In this document: one piece after another, positions 21,444-32,174 of the stretch
Layout: every line of letters begins with the position of its first letter
Position numbering within the stretch: the first letter of the stretch is position 1
Source of the DNA: Cyanophora paradoxa CCMP329
Lineage: Eukaryota; Plantae; Glaucophyta
Length of the DNA stretch: 64,000 nucleotides
NCBI GenBank assembly: GCA_004431415.1
Contig: QPMI01000595.1
Location: forward strand, 1 to 64,000
Direction: 5' to 3'
Position numbers and translations under genes: made by a program
The notes under the pieces: model-generated
What the model was told of the DNA's origin: nothing
The model's input: only the letters and a program-made list of their open reading frames with translations
The model's database searches: none

Positions 21444-22085
21444 ATGTCGACAGACAAGCAGTCTCGGCTGCGCACTCCGCGAAAGAAATTGCTTGAAGTC
21501 GCTTCCAGCCATACTAAGAAGAATCACATTGAGTTCCTGAGTGGTGATACTGATGCTTACCCGCTAGCCCGTCGCGCTGGTGGCGGTGAGGGTGCATCCA
21601 ACGACTATGCTCTTACCGCCGACGAGAACGCTATTCTTGATAAGATCCCGAATTCGCGCACTAAGAAGACCAAGACTAGCAAGCTGAAGGATACTGACGA
21701 TGGGCCGCTGTACATCTCAGAGACGGCTAATCGTAGCAGGTATTTCATTAAAACTGTGACCGGCCTTAAAACAGTTTCAAAGAAGCGAGCTAGTGATCTT
21801 ATAGCTGGCATCGCAGCTGAGACTAAGATGGAAAACAAGATTTTAAATGAACCGATCACGAAGACCAAGATTGATAAGAAGGTTGCCCCTCCTGCAGCTG
21901 CTGTTCCTGCCAAGACGATCGTTGCGATCCCTGAGGTCGATGAGAATGCTAGCGAGCTGCCTGTAGCTAACGCATCGATCCTGCGCATCGCCTCTAGCAG
22001 TGCTGATCCTGTCGGGCCGGCGATCGAGTACAAGCCAATGCTGAGCGGCTTCACTAAGCTAGGGCTCCGGCATCGCTGGGAGTGA
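21444..22085 (+). CDS. Hypothetical Lys/Ala-rich viral protein
   Basis: 213-aa intronless ORF; AAAAGATG start context; follows the penton gene. Confidence 0.6.
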   Translation: MSTDKQSRLRTPRKKLLEVASSHTKKNHIEFLSGDTDAYPLARRAGGGEGASNDYALTADENAILDKIPNSRTKKTKTSKLKDTDDGPLYISETANRSRYFIKTVTGLKTVSKKRASDLIAGIAAETKMENKILNEPITKTKIDKKVAPPAAAVPAKTIVAIPEVDENASELPVANASILRIASSSADPVGPAIEYKPMLSGFTKLGLRHRWE

Positions 22086-22230
22086 CCGATTGGCGCACCG
22101 CCGCAGCAGGCGCCGCTAGCCTACTAGGCCGGGCTAGTAGTATCATAATAATATTAATCATATACTAGTAGTATCATAGCCGCCCGTTCCACATAATTCC
22201 GATCGATCATGCCCCACCTTGCCTGTACAC

Positions 22231-22290
22231 GCCCCCACAGTGCTGGAGTAGACTAGAGGCTGTGGCCGGTAATTCACCAAAAAAAAAATA
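22231..22290 (+). repeat. Short dispersed repeat ending in oligo(A); inverted copy at 63876-63927
   Basis: GCCCCC.CAGTGCTGG...CTAGAG.CTGTGGCCG(G)TAATTCACCAAAAAAAA at both sites. Confidence 0.65.
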
Positions 22291-22595
22291 TAGCCAATGG
22301 ATGCCGCAATATGCAATGCGCTAATAATTAAATTGCATTCTTACAGTTATTAAGTTCTCAGATTACAGGAAGTTCTTAAAGGAGTGTACCCCCGGACCTC
22401 TACTAATGGTAATTACTCGCTAGGGGGGTAGACCTCTTTTAGAACTTCCTGTAAAAACAAGTTCATTCAATTCTCTCTCAAGTTCTCTCTTTACTAGTAA
22501 TAAGCCGGTGATTGCCAAGCCAGCTACGGTAGCTGCCGGGCCAGTAGTACTAGTTGGCCAGTAGTAGCCTAGTACACGTGGCAGTGTCCACAAGT

Positions 22596-23020
22596 ACTTT
22601 GGACAAAAGTTCACGTCCAGAGGTCGCTAAGCGACTTTGGACAAAAGTTCACGTCCAAGATCCTCAACCCTGCTGGCACATCCCGACGCATGTTTTGCAC
22701 AATCCAACCTCTAGTATAGCGGCACTATAGCCTCGTTTGCACTATTGGAGATGTCTGCACGAGTTGCTAGCTGACTTGGGTGTCGTTCTGGAGTTCGTGA
22801 CTTTGGACAAAAGTTCACGTCCAAGATCCTCAACCCTGCTGGCACATCCCAACGCATGTTTTGCACGATCCGACCTCTAGTATAGCCTCGTTCGCACTAT
22901 TGGAGACGCCTGCACGAATTGATAGTTGACTTGGGTGGCGTTCTGGAGTTCGTGACTTTGGACAAAAGTTCACGTCCAAGGTCGCCAAGTGACTTTGGAC
23001 AAAAGTTCACGTCCAAGATC
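22596..23020. repeat. Five copies of a 27-bp palindromic motif GACTTTGGACAAAAGTTCACGTCCAAG, two followed by duplicated ~135-bp spacers
   Basis: Copies at ~22596, 22633, 22799, 22954 and 22991; internal TTGGAC-N10-GTCCAA dyad. Confidence 0.85.
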
Positions 23021-23544
23021 TCCCGGAGAGTCCAAGCTTCTAGGCAACCTCACTCATAGGTGTCAGATCGCTGATTCACAGACCGACGCGTTTGGGGGGC
23101 CCGCCTCAATTCACTGCTATATCTTTTGCAAGATCGCTCGGACTAGACACCAGATACTACCTAGCGGTTGCTGGATGGAAGGGGAGGTAGACCAGAGGGA
23201 GAGGAGGGCGGTAGACGTAGCGGAAGGGGCTTACGTATACGCTGCCCCGCGCAGCCCGGAGACCGTCGGACCTATAGCTAACTAAAGCAGCGTATACGTA
23301 AGCCCCGGGCAAGACCGGACTAGGTACTCGCGGAGGCGAAATGTGAGCGCGCGGCGATGCGATCGTGGTTGCGCGACCCTCTCTTGAGCTCACCATCCGC
23401 GCGCGAAGGGGATGCGGCGCGAGTTCGGTGGGCCCAAGCGATCTGCCTCCCGATCCCCCAGCCGCAAACGCGGTCGCTATCGGTGTGTGAGCGCGCTAAT
23501 TATAAGGTTTCACGGATGATATATCATAATCACGTAGAGCACCC

Positions 23545-26500
23545 GTGACCTTTCCCCGCCGCGCAGCTCCGGGGACTCGAGCCGCAGCGGCCTTGGCAGG
23601 GGCGCCCGAGCCGAATGTGCATGCGCAGGCGGCAGCGGTGGAGCCGGCAGCGCCAGCCGCGGCGGTCGGTCTCTTGAGCAATGTCTCGGCCAGCATCGGG
23701 CGTATGGTGATTGTGGCTTCATTTTCAGAATTGAAGCCATCAAGCTTAGCTTGCGCTCAGCTATATATAGCCTCACTCGTAATATCCGTGCGCAGGAGGC
23801 CGTGGCGGAGGAGCTAGCGAGCGCACAGCGCGAGGCTGCGATGCTGATGGCGGATCTGGCGGCCGCGGGGCGGGCGGCCGCCGCAGGCGCCCCGTCAGCT
23901 CTTGATGAGACTGGTCTCCTTAGCAACGTCTCTGCTAGCGTCGGGCGCATGGTAACTCGACTCCTTGTACATGTCCCGCCTCAATATACAGCTTACATGC
24001 GAGTCCCGGACCGCAGCTTTCGATGCTGGACACAGCATCGCGGCCCGAGGGGGAGGAGGTGCGGGAGGCCGCGCGGCCGGTGGGCCAGGAGCTGCTGGCC
24101 GGGGCCCGGCGGGCCGAAGGGGCCCTCCGGGGTATCCTCGAGGAGCGCGCCCAGGTGCCCTGGCCTAATTATCGATCGCGATCGTTATCCCTCGCGCTCC
24201 CCCGTGGCCTTCAATTTGATTATCGATCGCCCCTGCGCGTTATCCCTATCCCTCGCGCGCCCCTGTGGCCGTTATCCCTCGCGCGACCCCGCCCCCGGCC
24301 CGTTATCGATAAATTATATAAACCCTCGTGGCCTCCAATTCTAATTGTCGATCGTTACCCCTCGCGCGCCGGGCCCCCGATCGGTTCCGCTCCCTTCTGT
24401 GCAGGTCGAGGCGCGGGTGCGCGCGCTGGCGGAGGAGCTCGAGGCGTCCCGAGCGGGCGCCGCCGAGCTGAGGGCCCTCATGGAGGACCTGAAGCGCGCG
24501 ACGGCGGGGGCGGCGGGGGCGGCGGGGGCGGGGGCTTCGACGCCGGGCTATGGCCAGCGGGCCTCCACGGGCGGATCGATATCCGGAGCGCCGGCGGGAC
24601 GTCTGCCCCCCCTGCAGGAGCGCCCGCAGGAGGCGCTAGCGGCGGCGATGGCCATGGGGCGGCCGCGGGTGGGCGGCCCCGGCGAGGCGGCGCAAGGTCA
24701 GCCTGTGGCCGTCGGCGGCGGCGGCGGCGTCGGCGGCTTCGAATTCGGGCTCGCCGGTGGATCCGGAGGCGGCGAGCGGTCCGCACTGCCGGGCTCGGCT
24801 CTGCAGCGCAACCCGCGCGGCGGCGCTGGCAAGGCAGTGCAGGGCCGGCATCCCGCTGTCGCCCAAGTCAAGCTTCAGGGCATTTCGCTGTCGCCCAAGT
24901 GCGGCGAACGGGGCACCAAGTGTACGGTGCCGTACTGCACGAGGCGAACCGGGCGTACGGAAGAGGCCATCGTTAAAGAGCTCAAAACGAAGACTAGCGT
25001 CGAGCGGAAGTTTACGGACACCGACTTCCCTGCTAAGGCTTCCAGCCTCTTCAAAGATGCCAGCAGGCCGACTCCCGGTGAGCTAGCTAATTATAAGCCC
25101 GCCGACGCTGCTTTAATTTGTCCAACTCGAACTCGTCCTCGCAGGGCACATCGCCGAGGAGCACATCCAATGTGCCGCCGTGTTTGCGTTTCGTAACGCA
25201 TGCCTTATAGTTAGCTGATCGTATGAGCGCTTCGCGCAGGGTGCCGTCCCTCGCAGTTCTGCGGCCCGAACGCCCAGCTGTTCAAAGGCGCGGAGGGTGG
25301 GAGCGCGGATGTGCACGTGGTGGAGGAGGGCGACATCGAGGCGGGAGACGTGATCCAAGGCATGCTCGGCGACCGTTGGTTTCTGGGAGCGCTCAGCGGT
25401 TCGCGCGGCGCCGCTGTCGTCGTCACGCCATGTCCGACACGCGTCCTCAGTTTGCGCGACTCGCCCGGAGCTCATGAAGCGGCTCTGGGTGTCCATCAAA
25501 AACGGCAAGGAGCACGGCATCTACACGCTCGCGTTCTACAAGGACGACTGCTGGCACGTATCCTTGAGGGCCGGGCCACTCGCCGCGAGCTCGAGCGGCT
25601 GCATGCGCCTCGCCACGCGCTCGCGCTCTGCCCTTGATGCGGCTACTTATTAGGAAATCGTGGTAGACGACCAGATCCCATGCACGATGTCAAGCGATTG
25701 CAAGCCGCTGTACGCGCGCTGCAAGGACAACGAGGAGTTTTGGGCGCCCATCGTGGAAAAGGCGTATGCAAAGCTGCACCAGTGCTACGAGACTTTGATC
25801 TCGGGCTTCGTCGGCTACGCCATGAAGGACCTTACAGGGGGCTCACCCCACCTCGAGTGCGTTCGGGACCGGCGTCCGATCGCGCGCAAGGCCAGCTGGC
25901 CCGGGCGGCCATGGGCGGCCCGTGGGTGCTGACGGCGGCCGCGGCCGGCTCGCAGGAAATGGAAGCCGGAGGAGTACGAGAACGAGAAGAATCCGCTGAA
26001 CGAGCGTGCGGTCGAACTCTGGCAGGACCTTCGCTTCTTTATTGCGCAGGGGTACGCCGTTTTCCGTTCCCCATGCTTTCCCAGCCCACGTCTCCTCAGG
26101 TGCCTCATGGGGTGCGCCTTCTCGTACTCGGGTGTGGCGGAGGCGCCGGCGCCCGGGGCGGATGGCATCCTTCGCGGGCACGTGTACGGCCTTCTGGCAC
26201 TTGAGGAGGTCCCGACCACGCGCGAGGGCCGCCGCGAGACGCTGCGAATGCTGCACGTCCGGAACCCGTGGGGCAAGAAGGAGTGGGGCGGCAGGTGGTC
26301 CGACAAGTCCGGCGAGTGGAGCGCGTTCCCGGCCGTCGCGGTGCGGCCGCTCGCCCGGTCCCTACCCCTCCCTCCCCCGCCAGTTGCTGAGAGGGGTACG
26401 TGCGCATGGCCGTGCAGACGGCGCTCTCGCACAAGGACGAGGAGGACGGCGCCTTCTGGATGGAGTACAGGGATTTCCTCCGGAACTACAACACCGTCTA

Positions 26501-29474
26501 CGTCTGCCGCCTCTTCCCGTCCGACTGGTCCGGCATGCGCGTCGTCGTGCGTCCGCGGCCATTGCTGTCTGTCGCTCTCTGCGAACGCCGCCGACGCCGA
26601 CGCGCAGGGCCGCTTCGAGGGGGAGATGGCGGGCGGCTCTCCGGCCAAGGGGAACGCGGACTGGGTGAAGAACCGGCAGTACCGCCTGTCGGTCAAGAGC
26701 ATGGGCCCCGTCAAGGCGGTGATTAGCTTGTGCCAGCCCGACGCCCGCATCCTGGGGCAGCCGAAGAAGTTCCCCCTCCCCTTCGCGTTCTTCGTCTGCA
26801 GGCTCTCGCACCCCGGTGAGCGCGTCTCGAACGTGGCGGCGCTGAACCAGGAGATGTCGTCGGGCACCTTCAAGGCCGGGCGCGAGGTCACGTGGGACGG
26901 CAAGCTGGACCCGGGCGACTACGCCATCATTCCCATGACGTTTGAGAAGGGGACGGTGGGCGACTACGCGCTGCTCATCTACGCCAAGGCCCGCGACGAG
27001 GAGATCGACATCGAGGGCGAGGACGACATCCCCCGTGACCTCGACCTCTCACGGGCGCGCGGCTCTTATCCTCCCCCCGCCTGCCGTGCACTCCCCCCCG
27101 CCCGCCGCGTCCGACGGCCTCTCGCTCGCAGGCGGGCGGCGCCTCGCAACTCGACGCGGCGCTGGGCGACATGTGCATGGCCCCCGAGCGCGAGGATCCC
27201 GAGCCCGAGGCCGAGCCCGAGGTATGCCGTCCACGGAGTTTTGTTGGAGTTTCAAGGACTGAACCTTGAATGGCACAGCATGCGGAGCTCGTCGTCCCGG
27301 TTTCCAGCGAGGATCCGTCGCTTACTGCGGAGTACAACACGGAGGAGAAGGAGGCGAAGATGGCGCGCGTCGAGCGGATCCTGCAGGACGACGACTTCGG
27401 CATCGACGAGGGCGATGAAGAGCAGTTCGGCGCCATCAAGCCGTGGCTCGGCACCGTCCAGAACATGGTCCCGACGGGCTTCAAGGAGACCCGGGCGATG
27501 AAGGAGGCATGTGATGAGGAGCTGGAGCTCGAGTTTGTGCATGGCTACCGCGCGCACGACGCCCGCCGCAACCTCTTCTACCTCGGATCGGGCACCGGCG
27601 ACATCGAGGAGATCGTCTACCACGCCGCAGCGCTCGGCATCGTCTACTCGGGCTTCCGCGGCGAGTCGGACGACGACATGTGCAAGCGGAAGCAACGCTT
27701 CTTCACGGTGCATGACGGCACCATCATTGCGCTGGCGATGCACCCGAAGGGCCAGCTGGTGGCTACGGGCCAGGTGGGCAAGGACGGCATCATCCACGTC
27801 TGGGATGCCAAGTCGATGGCCGTCAAGGTGACCCTGAAGGGCTTCCACAAGCGCGGCGTCTGTGCGCTCGCCTTCTCCACCAACGGCACGCGCCTCGCCT
27901 CCGTTGGGCTCGACGATGACCACACTGTTGCCGTGTGGGACTGGATGAAGTCCGGCGCCAAGCCGCTCGGCAGTGACAAGGGCGACAAGAACAAGATCCT
28001 GCTGGCCGAGTTCAAGCCGGGCAGCGAGACCGAGTTTGTCACCGTCGGCGCGCAGCACATAAAGTTCTGGACGATCGACGGGAGCGGGCAGCCGTCCGGC
28101 AAGCTTGGCTCGGCCAAGGGCAAGGGCATCTCTGCCCAGAAGGCCTACCACGCCGTTGCCTGGGCCAAAGGTGCGCCTCAGTGCCTCCCCGCGGCGTCGA
28201 ATTGTGCAGCTGACGCCGTGCGGGCAGACGTGTGCGTGACAGGCACGACGGACGGCCCGCTGTACAAGTGGCAGGGCGGGTCGGCGATGGAGGCGGTCGA
28301 TGCGCACAAGGGACCCGTTTTCGCGCTGGTGAACACGCCGGATGGCGGCCTCGTCTCGGGCGGCAAGGACGGCCTCGTCAAGTTCTGGACGCCGGACCTC
28401 AAGTGCACAAACACCGTTGACGTGGGCAAGCTGCTCTCCGCCAACCCGATCGGCGCCTTCGTGGGCGGGGCGCCGGCAATCCGCGCGCTGCATGCTCGGG
28501 GCGGGACGGTGCTGGTCGGCACGCAGTCCAGCCAGATCCTCGAGATCCAGGGCAGCTCGGTCTCAGTCTTCATGGCGGCGCACGGCGCGTCGGGGACGTG
28601 GAAGGGTCAGCCGGCCAGCTACCAGGGCGAGGTCTGGGGGCTCGACGTCAAGCCGGTGGTCGGCAAGACGAAGAAGCGCTACGTGACGTGCAGCGACGAC
28701 AAGACGGTCCGTGTCTGGTCGGTGCAGCTCAAGTCCTGCGTCGCGGTCGGGTTGCTCTCGGCACCTGCGAAGCGTGTAGCGTGGTCGCCGGACAAGCGGG
28801 ACCTGGTGTGCGGCCTGCTGGCGGGCGAGGTGGAAGTGCTCGATGCCGAGACGATGCAGGAGCGGGCCAAGTTCAAGTGTGCGACGCCAAACGTCGCCCC
28901 GGGAGACATCTCGGACATCAAGTTCAACCCGGACGGCTCTGTGCTCGCCGTCGCCTCCCAGGACTCGTTCATCTACCTCTTTGACGTCCCCGCGGGGTAC
29001 AAGCCCAGGAGCGACGCCTTTCGCTGCCCACCCAAGGGCAAGGCCCACTCGGGCACCGTCTGGCACATCGACTTCTCGGAGGACGGGCAGACGCTGCAGG
29101 CCTCGGACAACGCCGGCGAGATACTCTTCTGTAAGTATACGTCTCCGCACTGCCCCGTGCCTTGCGACCCGCCCCGCATCCGACCCCGCTGCGCAGGGTC
29201 CGTCTCGTCAGGGATGCAGATCACGAAGGTGTCGGGCCTGCGGGACACAAAGTGGGCGACGCAGACGTGTGTGCTCGGCTGGTCCGTCCAGGGCATCTAC
29301 GCCCCCGGGCTCAAGCTCCCCGACATCAACGCCGTTGATCGCGCGAACTATCGCCAGTGCCTTGCCATTGGCGACGACTTCCGCAGCGTTCAGCTAGTTC
29401 GGTACCCCTGCATCACCGAAGACTGCACGCGCCGTCGCTACAAGGGCCACAGCGAGCACGTCACCAACGTCAAG
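23545..29474 (+). CDS. Host multi-exon gene, 5' part: coiled-coil, calpain CysPc-like domain, calpain domain III, then EML HELP/WD40 region (start uncertain)
   Basis: FTDTDFP, QGMLGDRWFL, VDDQIPC, EFWAPIVEKAYAKLH, GHVYG, RNPWG, DGAFWM, PGDYAIIPMTF; LELEFVHGYR HELP motif; short GT-AG introns; last exon ends HSEHVTNVK|GT at 29474. Confidence 0.85.
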
Positions 29475-29508
29475 GTCCGCGGCGCCCATCGCGCCGCCGG
29501 CGCCGGCG

Positions 29509-29514
29509 CCCGCC
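29509..29514 (+). repeat. Target-site duplication, left (CCCGCC)
   Basis: Identical to 58139-58144. Confidence 0.92.
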
Positions 29515-30394
29515 ACACATAGTAAAATGCGGAGTTTTAACCCTCGGCTTATCTTAATTGATTTTGTTGATATATCTCGTATATTCTATTTCAATCAATC
29601 GATAATCTGTGTATATCTTATCGAATATTCATTTATTTCGATTATTTTGTATTCTTTTCGATATTTTATCGTAAATTTCTCTTATTTTCCGATTAGTCTT
29701 ACTGAGTTAATCGATAATCTGTATAAAATTCCGAATAATATAACTGAATCTCAATTAGATCTTGCCTCTGGTTAAAACTCCGCATTTTACTATGTGTGAT
29801 TGGTCTAAAAGTTAATTGATTTAATCGATATTATATTCATGTACTTTCTCGATTAAATTTAATTAAATTTAATTCATTTAATCGGAAATATATCGCTTAA
29901 CTCGATTAAGATCCATATAAGATTCATTTGTTTAATAAAACAAATAGATCTTTTATTGAATCCAATCGTAATTATACATGAAATTGATATGTTTTTCTCA
30001 TGTTTTAATGAGTCTAAGGGGGGACCCTTAAGAATTTAATGAATAATTGGGTGTCACAGGTGTCACAGGTCCATCCCATCGAAAGGGAAAATCACTCTTT
30101 ATAGGGCTTGAGCTGGGATAGACCTGTGACACCTGTGACACATACCATATTCAGTAAGGACCTCATATATTGTTAAAATCTCAGTGTTAGTTGGTGTAGT
30201 TGATTCAAAAAATGCATTTATACTCTGATTCATTGTTATTTCCTGTGAAATTTGAGTCAACTCAACCCACTTAGTCAACCCTTGCATTGAATTCGTAACA
30301 AAATCCATATACTTTTACTACTTTTACGATTAATATGAGTCAACCTTGAGTCCACTTTAATATAAATATTATATAATAGGGGGAATCAAGGGGA
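29515..30394 (+). repeat. Left terminal inverted repeat (880 bp), with terminal 283-nt fold-back (29515-29797) and iteron box (30049-30160)
   Basis: Reverse complement of 57259-58138; the only difference I found is 29807-29810. Confidence 0.95.
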
Positions 30395-30591
30395 ATGTTG
30401 AGTTTTACTGTAATGAAATCGAATAGTATTCCAATTACTTACAATAGAATTCTATCGTAAAAAATGTCCGGAATCCGGAAAATAAACATTGTAGAAAGCT
30501 ACTGTAGGAAAAGGATATATTATATCTTTTTGTAACAGTTGCTATTGTAAAACAAAAGGTAAATTACCTTGATTATCATTATAGAAACCCA

Positions 30592-30990
30592 TCAAAACGG
30601 GAATCTATCATGTTTATGTCTCTCAGTCTTCTCAAATGTGAGGAAATTCATTGTTTTATCGATCTCATCTGCAACTGCTTGTGTTTTATGCTGAGCTTCT
30701 TTACCACAACTGAATATATCAATTGCTAACATGCCTTCATTGGAATAACAATGAGCTGTGCAATGGCTTTCATCTAATAGCAGAACCAATGCAAAACCAG
30801 GAGGTGATAGTTTGCCATCAAATATCTCACAGTGTTTATGAACAATCCTAATGCCTTGTCTTAATACTGCTTGTTCAAGGGTTCCCATAATCCAATTACC
30901 TAGGAAGCTTACATGCTCATGTCCTGTTGCTATAGCTGATTTAGCTTTGTAATCAAGCATAACATGAAAGCCTCTGTATTTAGTCTCCAT
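30592..30990 (-). CDS. speD: SAM decarboxylase-like proenzyme
   Basis: LLLDESHCTAHCYSNEGMLAIDIFSCG; start METKY at 30990. Confidence 0.82.
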   Translation of the reverse strand: METKYRGFHVMLDYKAKSAIATGHEHVSFLGNWIMGTLEQAVLRQGIRIVHKHCEIFDGKLSPPGFALVLLLDESHCTAHCYSNEGMLAIDIFSCGKEAQHKTQAVADEIDKTMNFLTFEKTERHKHDRFPF

Positions 30991-31019
30991 TAAGAATACC
31001 TTAGAAAAATTAATTAAAC

Positions 31020-31292
31020 CTAATCGAACCGAATGCAAACATCCCTATATTCTACAGTTATTGATGAAGTAGCCCTTTTCCTATGTGCTTGACTTTTTCT
31101 TTTATTACAGTCCCTACACCCTGATCCCTTCACATGATTAAATGGATATGTAAGGATCACCTTATTACACTGCAAACATCTAACAGATACTTTCTCTTGA
31201 GCTTTGATGTAATGTGTCTCACTGTAATCGAATTTATCTTTACCATGGACTGTCATAGCAGCATCAATAAACTTTTTTGTTTTAATATCCAT
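31020..31292 (-). CDS. DUF723-like Zn-binding protein
   Basis: HGKDKFDYS...CLQC...GSGCRDC; orthologue of 16323-16595. Confidence 0.7.
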   Translation of the reverse strand: MDIKTKKFIDAAMTVHGKDKFDYSETHYIKAQEKVSVRCLQCNKVILTYPFNHVKGSGCRDCNKRKSQAHRKRATSSITVEYRDVCIRFD

Positions 31293-31314
31293 ACTCTATA
31301 TATAACCAATATTC

Positions 31315-32151
31315 TTATGGAGCAGTATCCTGCCCAAAAATGGGGAAATATCGATTTGTCCCATAGTATTCAGCATAGGTATTCTGCTTTGCAATAAAAT
31401 CGGTTCTCTCTGCAAACATCACACACTTGTAGATACCAAACTTGGTGGCTCTCACCAGAAACTGATAGTCTTCCAAACCGAAATTGACTCCATGATAAGC
31501 AATACCAAAATTATCATATGGGGTGATCACAACAGCAAAATTAGGAGTTCCACCTTCAACTTGGCATACAGCATATACATCTGGTGGGATATCAACAACT
31601 ACCTTGTAGTGATCACCAATCTCAACAAGAGAGTCTACTACTGCTGTTTGTTCATTCACAACAATTGGGAATATCTTGATAATATATGGGGCATTCATGC
31701 TGGGGACATAGGTTCGAATTCTTGTGTTGGGATCAATGGGATTGGGTTGATCATTCACAAATAGAGGCGCTCCAACAGCCCCACCAACCCTAAGACCATC
31801 ACCAATATATGCTCCCCCCGATTTGCAGTTAATAGCTCCAGACCTAGATTCAAAAGAATAAGTAGACAGAGGATCTCCATAGCTATCTGGGTCTCCATAA
31901 TGAGCAGAAAAGTTTGCATTTGTGACAAGTAGCTTAGTTGTCTTAACTATTCCATTATTTTTATCACATCTGAGTTCCTGTAATCTCAGCTTGTGGGTGG
32001 AACCAAATGTATTCATTGTAGGTTGGACCTCTGTGGATTGGAGACCTTCCACATCATCAAAGGTAGCATGCTGTAAAACATGGTTTGCTGGGGCAGCTAA
32101 TGATAGCTGTGGTGTTATAATTCGCTCTATTGGTGTGGGTGCCTCTGCCAT
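31315..32151 (-). CDS. Putative fibre/structural protein, shared N-terminal domain family
   Basis: LRLQELRCDKNNGIVKTT and SGGAYIGDG motifs; C-terminal ...VITPYDNFG...AERTD. Confidence 0.78.
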   Translation of the reverse strand: MAEAPTPIERIITPQLSLAAPANHVLQHATFDDVEGLQSTEVQPTMNTFGSTHKLRLQELRCDKNNGIVKTTKLLVTNANFSAHYGDPDSYGDPLSTYSFESRSGAINCKSGGAYIGDGLRVGGAVGAPLFVNDQPNPIDPNTRIRTYVPSMNAPYIIKIFPIVVNEQTAVVDSLVEIGDHYKVVVDIPPDVYAVCQVEGGTPNFAVVITPYDNFGIAYHGVNFGLEDYQFLVRATKFGIYKCVMFAERTDFIAKQNTYAEYYGTNRYFPIFGQDTAP

Positions 32152-32174
32152 TTTACATTAAAGGGATATATCTT

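Noticed and set aside
22596-23020. CRISPR-like array
   Set aside because: Irregular spacing, duplicated long spacers and no cas genes.
25815-29296. Long minus-strand ORFs over the host gene (also 58204-59635 and 60792-61837)
   Set aside because: Antisense shadows of GC3-rich coding exons.
29527-30308. ORFs 29527-29775 and 30099-30308 and their mirrors in the right TIR
   Set aside because: They lie in low-complexity hairpin and iteron DNA; the duplication is explained by the TIR and there are no protein motifs.
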